32,000 nucleotides of DNA, taken from positions 5,010,001 through 5,042,000 of the forward strand of contig NC_014148.1 in NCBI RefSeq assembly GCF_000092105.1. Reading direction: 5' to 3'. Of this stretch, positions 9,220 to 16,141 are shown piece by piece (position 1 is the stretch's first letter; each line of letters starts with the position of its first letter). Source of the DNA: Planctopirus limnophila DSM 3776. Its GTDB lineage: Bacteria > Planctomycetota > Planctomycetia > Planctomycetales > Planctomycetaceae. The notes beneath the pieces are model-generated. The model made no database searches, was not told the DNA's origin, and worked only from the letters and a program-made list of their open reading frames with translations. The position numbers and the translations under genes are program-made.

Positions 9220-9795
9220 TTATGCGGGGCGATTCTTGCCGGGAATCCAGAGCACATCGGCTTTCCCGCCATCGTTGCAGAGTCTGGCCAGGCAGAAGAG
9301 GAGATCGGAGAGCCGATTGAGGTAGATCACACAATGAGGGCTGATTGGTTCCTGCTCACTGAGAGCGATGACACCAATTTCCACGCGGCGGCAAACGGTT
9401 CGCGCGACATGTAAAGCAGCGGCAGCTTCTGTACCGCCGGGCAATACGAAGCTGGTCAGAGGAGACAACTGATCGACGGCCTCATCAATCGCCTTTTCCA
9501 GTCGTTCAATTTGAGCCGCCGTCATCCGCAGGGCTTCTCCGGGCGCTTCGTTCTCTTTCTGAGGGATGCACAGATCGGCCCCCAGATCAAACAGATCGTG
9601 CTGGATCGAAGTGAGCAGTTGTCGAATTTCCTCAGTGAGTTGGGCATGTAAAGCCACGCCCAGGGTGGCATTGAGTTCATCGACCCCACCATACGCAACA
9701 ATTCGGGGACTGGTTTTCGAAACGCGGTCTCCGTTGCCAAGGCTGGTTAATCCCGAGTCGCCCGACTTGGTGTAAATTCGATTCAGGTAAACCAT
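9220..9795 (-). CDS. PduO/MMAB-type ATP:cob(I)alamin adenosyltransferase
   Basis: N-terminus MVYLNRIYTKSGDSGLTSLGNGDRVSK, a helical-bundle remainder and a length of 191 aa are typical of this family. Confidence 0.9.
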   Translation of the reverse strand: MVYLNRIYTKSGDSGLTSLGNGDRVSKTSPRIVAYGGVDELNATLGVALHAQLTEEIRQLLTSIQHDLFDLGADLCIPQKENEAPGEALRMTAAQIERLEKAIDEAVDQLSPLTSFVLPGGTEAAAALHVARTVCRRVEIGVIALSEQEPISPHCVIYLNRLSDLLFCLARLCNDGGKADVLWIPGKNRPA

Positions 9796-10018
9796 CAGTC
9801 ATTTCGCTTTGAAGGCAGGAGCAGTCGAGCACGCGGCGAGAGAGTAGACAGAAACACTGTTCGCGAAAGTGAATCTGCGTCTTTCGATTCTAGTACAATT
9901 TCGCCACGCGATCACCCCAGCCAGACATTCGGTCGCAAATTCATATCATCCCTCGTGAACTGGCGAGGAATTGGCTCTGCTGAACTTGATTCTGACCTGT
10001 CGAGATGTCGAGAGTCGA

Positions 10019-11248
10019 TTAGTGGCGACGCCGGTATTCGCCGGGAGTGACCCCCAGCTCACGGCGGAAGGTACGCACCAGAACTTCCACGTGATTAAAG
10101 CCAGTGAGCTGGGCAATGCGGGCCAGTGGAAGAGTGGTTTCTCCCAGGAGGCGTTTGACGTTCTGCAATCTCATCCTGCGAAGGACATTGGCTGGGGTAT
10201 CGTCGAGCACTTTATGGAAGCGGTGTTCCAGCACCCGGCGGGAGACATTGAGAGCTTTCTCCACATCCGCAATCTGAATCGGTTCGCTCAAATGGTCGCG
10301 CATAAAACGAACGGCCATATCGACCAGAGGATCATCGACAGCCGATGTTTCCGTGGATCGGCGCTGCACCACACCGACAGGGGGGACAAGAATCGGCTCT
10401 TCCGGTGCTGGTTCGCCATTCATGAGTTTGTCGAGCAAAGTCGCTGCTTCGTAACCGACACGGACAGGAGCCTGGTCGATATTGGAAAGCGGGACTGGTG
10501 CCAGAGCTGACAACAGTGGATCGTTTTCACCAACGAGCAGGGCGATATCGTCGGGAATCCGAAAGCGGCTGAGGCGGGCACAGGTCATTAACTCGCGGCC
10601 CACTTCACCACTCCAGGTGAAGATTGCCGTTGGCTTGGGGAGCATTTTCAGCCACTGCAGAAAACCTTTTCGTTGAGTTAAAAGGTCAGGGACAGGAATG
10701 GGAACTGTGGGCTGATAAATGCTGGTCTGATGACCGGCTTGCAATAGCGTATTGATGTAGTTTTTCCCCAGCAGATCGTCATATCCCGCACGATGAATCG
10801 GCCCGATGTAGGCGAAGCTGCGGAAGGATTGTTCGAGGAAATGTTCGGCAGCGAGCCTTCCGCAAGCCGCTTCATCGGAGACGACTTTGGGGATCCGGAG
10901 GGAGTGCTGTCCCATCCAGGAGACGTTGACGCAGGGCAGGTTGCTTTTGAGGATCTGCTTTTCGAGTGCGGGGTGAGTGAGGCGGGCAATAATGCCATCA
11001 CCACTCCAGCCCTTGGGAATCAGCAGTTTTTCGTCGTGACCGCGTGGCTCGATGAAGAAATCCCAGAAGCCGTGCTCGCTGGCATACTGGGCAATCCCGC
11101 GCAAGACCTGCCTCGTCCAGTCAGATGAGGTATGGACGATGAGTGCCACACTGCGATGCATGGTGGGTGGCATGGCCGATACCGGCAATGTCGCTGGACG
11201 CGGAGAAATTTCGGACGAATCCTGGGAAGCGGGGGCTTCTTGCGACAT
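10019..11248 (-). CDS. XylR-like transcriptional regulator (sugar-binding PBP-like domain + AraC-type HTH)
   Basis: The C-terminal AraC double HTH reads LARIAQLTGFNHVEVLVRTFRRELGVTPGEYRRR. The N-terminal ~270 aa have the LacI/XylR-type periplasmic-binding-fold pattern. The gene is divergent from the DUF1559 gene. Confidence 0.8.
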   Translation of the reverse strand: MSQEAPASQDSSEISPRPATLPVSAMPPTMHRSVALIVHTSSDWTRQVLRGIAQYASEHGFWDFFIEPRGHDEKLLIPKGWSGDGIIARLTHPALEKQILKSNLPCVNVSWMGQHSLRIPKVVSDEAACGRLAAEHFLEQSFRSFAYIGPIHRAGYDDLLGKNYINTLLQAGHQTSIYQPTVPIPVPDLLTQRKGFLQWLKMLPKPTAIFTWSGEVGRELMTCARLSRFRIPDDIALLVGENDPLLSALAPVPLSNIDQAPVRVGYEAATLLDKLMNGEPAPEEPILVPPVGVVQRRSTETSAVDDPLVDMAVRFMRDHLSEPIQIADVEKALNVSRRVLEHRFHKVLDDTPANVLRRMRLQNVKRLLGETTLPLARIAQLTGFNHVEVLVRTFRRELGVTPGEYRRRH

Positions 11249-11522
11249 ACGACCTCGATCTGGAGTGGAAAGATGTGACTTTAAGTACCGGCGCTCATCA
11301 TTTCCTGACGAACTCCGGGAGATTGTGAGTCAAACTTCATAAACACGGGGAAACTATCAAAAGAATTGCGTAAATACTCATTGGAGCGAATCGAGGTGAA
11401 GTACACACTACCTGTCGTTGAATTCACTTCCTAAGAGATGGGAGGAGGTGAGCAACGCATCTTTTCTTGGGGAATCCTTCTCATTCCCCCTCAAGATCTC
11501 TTCATTTTTCAGGTAGTGTACA

Positions 11523-12545
11523 ATGAAAATGCGCATTCGCAAAGGGTTTACCCTGATTGAGCTTTTAGTCGTGATCGCAATTATTGCGATTTTGATTGCT
11601 TTGCTGCTTCCGGCTGTCCAGCAGGCACGGGAAGCGGCTCGCCGGACACAGTGCCGGAACAATTTGAAGCAATTGGGACTGGCAGTGCATAACTTCCACG
11701 ATCAGTTTGGAAATCTGCCGCCGGCTGCCAATACCGGACTGGGTGAAGTCTGGTCAGCAGCACTATTGCCCATGTTGGATCAGGCCCCACTTTACAACAC
11801 CCTTGATACGGCCACCCTGTTTACGAACTACACTGAAGGGAATAATTGGGGAAATGGCTCAGCGACTTACGCGGCCAGTGGTACGAGTGTGACCGATCGA
11901 AACATCCGTGCCTGTCGAGCCGTCATTCCTGCCTTCCGTTGTCCTTCATTGCCGGGCCCGACGAATGTGCTCGATATCAGCACGGATGGCTGGTATGTGA
12001 GTGACCGGTTCATTGCGACTTATATTGCCTGTGCCTCAGGAACTGCTGTCACCGATGCCAATCGATTCCTGGACGATAATGGCATGCTCCCTGTGCGTGA
12101 TAAGGTCACACCGGCCGGTGGAACCATTTCGCGAACTCCAACGCATAACTTTCGAGATATTACCGATGGCCTCTCGAATACTGTTCTGATTGGCGAAACC
12201 AGGCCACAGACCGAAAATCTTTCATCACCAACGGAACCTGTTGATGGCACAGCCACTGGCCAGCGCTATGATCACTGGATTATGGGTGGTGATGGCATGG
12301 ATACGGGTGGTACGAGGACAGATGCCTCTGAGTTTTTCGGTTCACTGGGCGTGGGAATCAACCTGTGGGACTCCGTGACAGCCACTGATGTACAGAAAGA
12401 AGTCTCGTTTGGCAGCACTCATGAAGGGGGTTGCCATATGCTGATGGGTGATGGTTCCGTCCGCTTCATCAGCGAAAACATCGACTCGACGATCCGCACA
12501 GCAATTGGGACTCGAGCCAGTAGCGAAGCTGTTGGTGAGTTTTAA
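11523..12545 (+). CDS. DUF1559 protein with prepilin-type N-terminal cleavage/methylation domain (planctomycetal H-X9-DG family)
   Basis: RKG|FTLIELLVVIAIIAILIALLLPAVQQAREAARR has the G-1/F+1/E+5 prepilin signature. The C-terminal STHEGGCHMLMGDGSVRFIS is the H-X9-DG motif. Confidence 0.9.
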   Translation: MKMRIRKGFTLIELLVVIAIIAILIALLLPAVQQAREAARRTQCRNNLKQLGLAVHNFHDQFGNLPPAANTGLGEVWSAALLPMLDQAPLYNTLDTATLFTNYTEGNNWGNGSATYAASGTSVTDRNIRACRAVIPAFRCPSLPGPTNVLDISTDGWYVSDRFIATYIACASGTAVTDANRFLDDNGMLPVRDKVTPAGGTISRTPTHNFRDITDGLSNTVLIGETRPQTENLSSPTEPVDGTATGQRYDHWIMGGDGMDTGGTRTDASEFFGSLGVGINLWDSVTATDVQKEVSFGSTHEGGCHMLMGDGSVRFISENIDSTIRTAIGTRASSEAVGEF

Positions 12546-12557
12546 GGTGCTTTCAAC

Positions 12558-12601
12558 GAGGTGGCTGTAGTCAAACGAGGACGTTTGACCACAGCCACCT
12601 C
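12558..12601. terminator. Long GC-rich hairpin between convergent genes (candidate bidirectional terminator)
   Basis: GAGGTGGCTGT-A-GTCAAACG / AGGA loop / CGTTTGAC-C-ACAGCCACCTC gives 11 + 8 bp with one A.C mismatch. It starts 13 nt after the DUF1559 stop. There is no clear U-tract on either strand. Confidence 0.6.
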
Positions 12602-12602
12602 T

Positions 12603-12685
12603 TCGGCCTCATTCCTTCGGCAACTTGGTCAATCGGCCTCATTCCTTCGGCTCGATATCAGATGGCCTCATTCTTTCGGCTCGAT
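12603..12685. repeat. Three phased direct repeats, core GGCCTCATTC(C/T)TTCGGC
   Basis: The cores lie at 12605-12621, 12635-12651 and 12664-12680, giving periods of 30 and 29 nt. Copies 2 and 3 also share the following TCGAT. Copy 3 contains the last codons and the stop of ORF 12668-13228. Confidence 0.85.
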
Positions 12686-13228
12686 GCTCCCATCCGGCCG
12701 ACGTGTGAGGACAGGTGACGATTCGCGTGGGGGCAGCGAATAGACCTTCAACCGCAAGGGCTCGTTATGGCTGGTGCCGGTAATCGTCAGGAACGAACGG
12801 CTCGATTCGGGTTTCGAAGCACTCACGCTCCAGGCAATGGCGGGAGGTTCATCGAAGACCGCCACCAGCCTTGCCACATCGAGCTCAAAGCTCGCACCCT
12901 GCCAGTCACCATCGTACTTGCCACCGACCACTTCGGTCATGCCCAGGTACATCCGCAGTTCCCAGCCCCAGTCGGTCCACTCACATTCGTAGCCCACCCG
13001 GCCCACTTCGCCCAGGGGATCAAAGGCATCGGCAAAGCGATCAGCAGCAGCAATCAGCCATTTTGGCCGCTTGTCTTTGCGAACCTGCGATTGCCCCTCG
13101 ATTTGTTTAAGCAAATGCTGAATCACCAGGTGAGAATGCGCCACAGAACCTCTCCTCTTGCGCCAACTTCGATTTGTGACGCTGTTTTCTGAGGTTATCG
13201 GGATCTCAGGACTCAAATCCAAAGTCAA
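12668..13228 (-). CDS. Hypothetical protein (no recognisable family)
   Basis: The ORF lies 42 nt downstream of, and co-directional with, the FtsQ-like gene. Codon 13228 is TTG. A GTG at 13144 preceded by AAGAGGAGAGG (4-nt spacer) is a better start and gives a 158-aa product. The protein is Trp/Gly/Glu-rich with no TM helix. Confidence 0.55.
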   Translation of the reverse strand: MTLDLSPEIPITSENSVTNRSWRKRRGSVAHSHLVIQHLLKQIEGQSQVRKDKRPKWLIAAADRFADAFDPLGEVGRVGYECEWTDWGWELRMYLGMTEVVGGKYDGDWQGASFELDVARLVAVFDEPPAIAWSVSASKPESSRSFLTITGTSHNEPLRLKVYSLPPRESSPVLTRRPDGSIEPKE

Positions 13229-13270
13229 AACAACGCTTCACTTCCCCAGAACCCATCAAACTCGCAAACT

Positions 13271-14278
13271 CTAGCGGCGCTGGGGAACTCCTCGGCCCGC
13301 TGTCATCGGCCGGCGACTGATCTCGTGCCAATGCCTTAAATCAATCGCATAACCCGAGCCCAGTTCGCCAATCTCGCTCACATAACGATTCAGTCGCCCC
13401 AACTTCTGTGCCGCAGTCGGCTCACCAGGTTGATCGTCTCCCGGTGCGCGTCCCCACTCAATCTGAGAACCGGAATGTGTGAAAATGACAAACTCCGCAG
13501 GATGATCTTTTTCTGCAGGATAATCGCCTGGTGCAACTGGATCGTTCAGCACAGCCGGGCCACGAAATCCATCGACTTCACGTCGTCGTTCCGAACGCGA
13601 AACCTCGCCCCACGAACGCACATGGGCGGCATCTTCGGCAGTTGTTGCCGGTACAATGGCCTTCAGCCCCAATCGCTCCCAGTCAGCCGCCAGAAGTTCC
13701 GCCAGTCGTGCCGCACTTTCGACCACAGGGTCTCCCCAGACGGTTCCCGCGGCACCCTGCGGAGATGAATGGATGCCTCGAATCTGCGGATAAGTCTTCA
13801 CGCTGGATGTGCGAAAGTCTTCTGCCGGAAGCAGCACTCCATCATGAGCGATGGGGTACATCCCTTGTGGCCTCTCGACAATCGCCACCGGTTCTCGATA
13901 GGTCAATCGAACAGTGGCCTTTGCAGGGAATGCCAGTCTGACTTCATCAACCCGCTGCACCCACGGATGTTTGGAAAGTGCCCAGGCGATCTTCTCAGCA
14001 GCCCGTTCATCGAACAGCGAAAGACTTTCCACACCCGTCATCTGCTCGAGTTGTTGAGGAAGATTGACAGGCAGTTCTTTCGGGCCGGGAGGCAGCTCAA
14101 TCTGCGACCATGTCACTCGATAATCAGTCCGAGTCTCCAGGCGAGGCAACCGCTTCAGCCAGGTAGGGAGCATGGCCACAGCCGCCAGCGATAGAGCCAG
14201 CACAAACAGCACACGAGGGCGGAACAATCGCATCCAGATCGAATTTCCCTCGCTGGCTGGAGTCATCATCAGAGCCAC
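13271..14278 (-). CDS. FtsQ/DivIB-like bitopic membrane protein (POTRA-type domain)
   Basis: N-terminal TM helix (VLFVLALSLAAVAMLPTWL). The following YRVTWSQIELP...LSLFDERAAEKIAWALSKHPWVQRVDEVRLAFPAKATVRLTYREPVAIVERPQGMYPIAHDGVLLP matches the FtsQ POTRA pattern (PWV..a.V.r..P..l.v.v.ER.PvA). Codon 14278 is GTG; ATG at 14269 or 14266 are alternative starts. Confidence 0.5.
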   Translation of the reverse strand: MALMMTPASEGNSIWMRLFRPRVLFVLALSLAAVAMLPTWLKRLPRLETRTDYRVTWSQIELPPGPKELPVNLPQQLEQMTGVESLSLFDERAAEKIAWALSKHPWVQRVDEVRLAFPAKATVRLTYREPVAIVERPQGMYPIAHDGVLLPAEDFRTSSVKTYPQIRGIHSSPQGAAGTVWGDPVVESAARLAELLAADWERLGLKAIVPATTAEDAAHVRSWGEVSRSERRREVDGFRGPAVLNDPVAPGDYPAEKDHPAEFVIFTHSGSQIEWGRAPGDDQPGEPTAAQKLGRLNRYVSEIGELGSGYAIDLRHWHEISRRPMTAGRGVPQRR

Positions 14279-14416
14279 TCCATCATCAGATCGAGTCTAT
14301 GGGCAAAAGCTTCTCCTCATTGAGAAACCTTGACGACCGGAGTGATGAGAGCCAGCCACCTTGCTGGAAGACAGAACGATTAAATACCAGGCTCGATACA
14401 AAACTGCTTATCAATC

Positions 14417-14443
14417 GTTGATCGGCAGAAAATGCCGATGAAC
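14417..14443. promoter_or_regulatory. Operator-like inverted repeat in a divergent promoter region
   Basis: GTTGATCGGCA-GAAAA-TGCCGATGAAC gives 7 bp + mismatch + 3 bp. It overlaps the palindrome ATCAA-TCG-TTGAT (14410-14422). Confidence 0.3.
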
Positions 14444-14623
14444 TTGAATCGAATGCAGGAATATCGGTCCAACAGTTCCGATCACGGGGTGATCAAGCCA
14501 CGCAAGGACACTCCGAAAATCAATTTCAAGCAGATACCTCCCATTTTGAGAAACTTTCTCAAGCTTGCTCAAGAGCCCTGTTCCTCTCTGGAAATCTGCT
14601 TGGCCACTTCGTTAGTGTGAAAG

Positions 14624-15265
14624 ATGTCCGGGAGTAATGGTCTCATCTGTCAGATGGTCATGAACTCCACACCCTTCAGCAGAAAGTTCAACATGCGCGT
14701 CGATTCCATCCGGCCCGACGTGACATCGCTGATCCTTCAGGTCAGTCAGAAAGCTCCTCACCCGGAACTTCTCAAGTCTGTGGAAAAGGATGTCTTTCGC
14801 ACCCACGATGTAACGGCTGAAGTGGCTTTGACACCCATGGGCCATGCCGTCATCTGGAAGCGTCAATCCAGTGTCCTCTGCGAACTGATTGCCGAACAAT
14901 CCCTGGCCTCAACAGCCACTCGCTCCTGCCTGCTGCAGAAAATTCGCGGCTGCAAGACACACATTGTCCGACCAGCGACTGGGAACTGGGAATACTCTGT
15001 CAGCAGTCAACTCGAACTTCTCGAGCCCGATCAGTTCCTCGGTGCTCACGAAGATCTGCTCAGCGATCTGCACCGGGCGACCATCAGCCACGTCTTTCCC
15101 ACCCGCAACCGCTTAAGTCCGGCACCACTCAGTCTCCTGATGCTCGAAGTGACTGGCCACGCGATCTCGGTCCACTCCTTCCATTCCTTCCCCGCCCATT
15201 GCGGCATCGTCAGAACTCAATCACTGCTGGAACTCAATCCCATGCCCGGCTTCACCAGCTTATAA
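14624..15265 (+). CDS. Hypothetical protein
   Basis: This is the longest ORF in the interval, with ordinary composition. The probable start is ATG 14693 (MRVDSIRPDV...). The antisense ORF 14612-14899 is judged spurious. Confidence 0.55.
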   Translation: MSGSNGLICQMVMNSTPFSRKFNMRVDSIRPDVTSLILQVSQKAPHPELLKSVEKDVFRTHDVTAEVALTPMGHAVIWKRQSSVLCELIAEQSLASTATRSCLLQKIRGCKTHIVRPATGNWEYSVSSQLELLEPDQFLGAHEDLLSDLHRATISHVFPTRNRLSPAPLSLLMLEVTGHAISVHSFHSFPAHCGIVRTQSLLELNPMPGFTSL

Positions 15266-15286
15266 GCGCTGTGTGTAGCAGCCAGA

Positions 15287-15386
15287 ACCGCAGGGCAGGC
15301 TCCCGCCTGCCGATTGTGTGTGACCTGAAAAGACCATGTTGCATGAGTGCAACGCTCAACAGGCAGGTGTGAGCCTGCCCTGGGGT
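15287..15386. repeat. About 100-nt structured element with 12-bp terminal inverted repeats
   Basis: CAGGGCAGGCTC (15291-15302) pairs with GAGCCTGCCCTG (15371-15382), and 3 more bp pair after one mismatch. Internal hairpins are GGCAGGC-TCCC-GCCTGCC (15294-15311), GTTGCA-TGAG-TGCAAC (15338-15353) and GGCAGG-TGTGAG-CCTGCC (15362-15379). Confidence 0.6.
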
Positions 15387-15398
15387 CAACAATTCTGA

Positions 15399-15938
15399 AT
15401 GATGTTTGATCCGGCAAGAGAAGGCATGAGAGCCAATCGACATGCGATCCTTACGATTGTTGTTTTGATCATCGTGACACTGATCACGGTGCCAACGACC
15501 TTTTGTGTTTCCAAAGGGATCTCGTCTCGCAGCGATCTTGATCGCTATCTGGCCATGAGATCTTCTGCTTCGCCGGTGATGATCGCACTCGATTCAGGCC
15601 GCCTTCGACCGGGAAGTTCAGTGGAAGAACTGTTGGAAATCGAACCTTATGTCTGGCAGGAGGAGTATGGCAAATATGTGATTTACCACTATACCCCTAA
15701 AGGAAGCTATGATGGGATGGCTGTTGTTACATTCAATCAGAAATTGACTGCCGCCAGTGCTGGTAGCTGTACCTGGCATTGGGACTTTTTTGATACCACA
15801 CCTGCCTGGATTAGTGAGAAGATTTCATTGATCAAGGAATCGCGTAAATTACAACAAAGAATGCCAGACTACAAAAAGTATTTCCAAGAGCACGAGGGCG
15901 AGTTACTCAACGAACTGTCTGAGACATCCGTCGAGTGA
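15399..15938 (+). CDS. Hypothetical membrane-anchored protein
   Basis: ATG start. One N-terminal TM helix (AILTIVVLIIVTLITVPTTF) is followed by a ~140-aa soluble part. No family recognised. Confidence 0.6.
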   Translation: MMFDPAREGMRANRHAILTIVVLIIVTLITVPTTFCVSKGISSRSDLDRYLAMRSSASPVMIALDSGRLRPGSSVEELLEIEPYVWQEEYGKYVIYHYTPKGSYDGMAVVTFNQKLTAASAGSCTWHWDFFDTTPAWISEKISLIKESRKLQQRMPDYKKYFQEHEGELLNELSETSVE

Positions 15939-16141
15939 TTATCAAACTATTCAGGTGATGCGATTCGGCCTGTTCTCAGTTGGAAAACATCATGTTGCTT
16001 TGGGCCATTAGCAAAACCAGGTGAATTGAAAATTCATACCATTTCTAACACAGCCGCCGTGGAGCAGGTCAAGTAGTTCACGCGAAAAGAACTTGCCACT
16101 TGATAAGTCCATTTCAGGTTTGAACCCGGGACCAGCGATTC

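Noticed and set aside
9796-10018. A cobalamin riboswitch upstream of the adenosyltransferase gene.
   Set aside because: I found no B12-box-like element or the expected conserved helices on the minus strand. The only feature is a short tandem TGTCGAGA x2 at 9998-10013. An Infernal scan would settle it.
12603-12685. A possible mini-CRISPR array.
   Set aside because: There are only three 17-22-nt repeats with 8-13-nt spacers and no cas genes. One copy is part of a coding region. The geometry is incompatible with CRISPR.
12561-12743. A 60-aa plus-strand ORF.
   Set aside because: It starts inside the terminator hairpin and runs through the phased repeats and the 3' end of the convergent gene. 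It is a sequence artefact.
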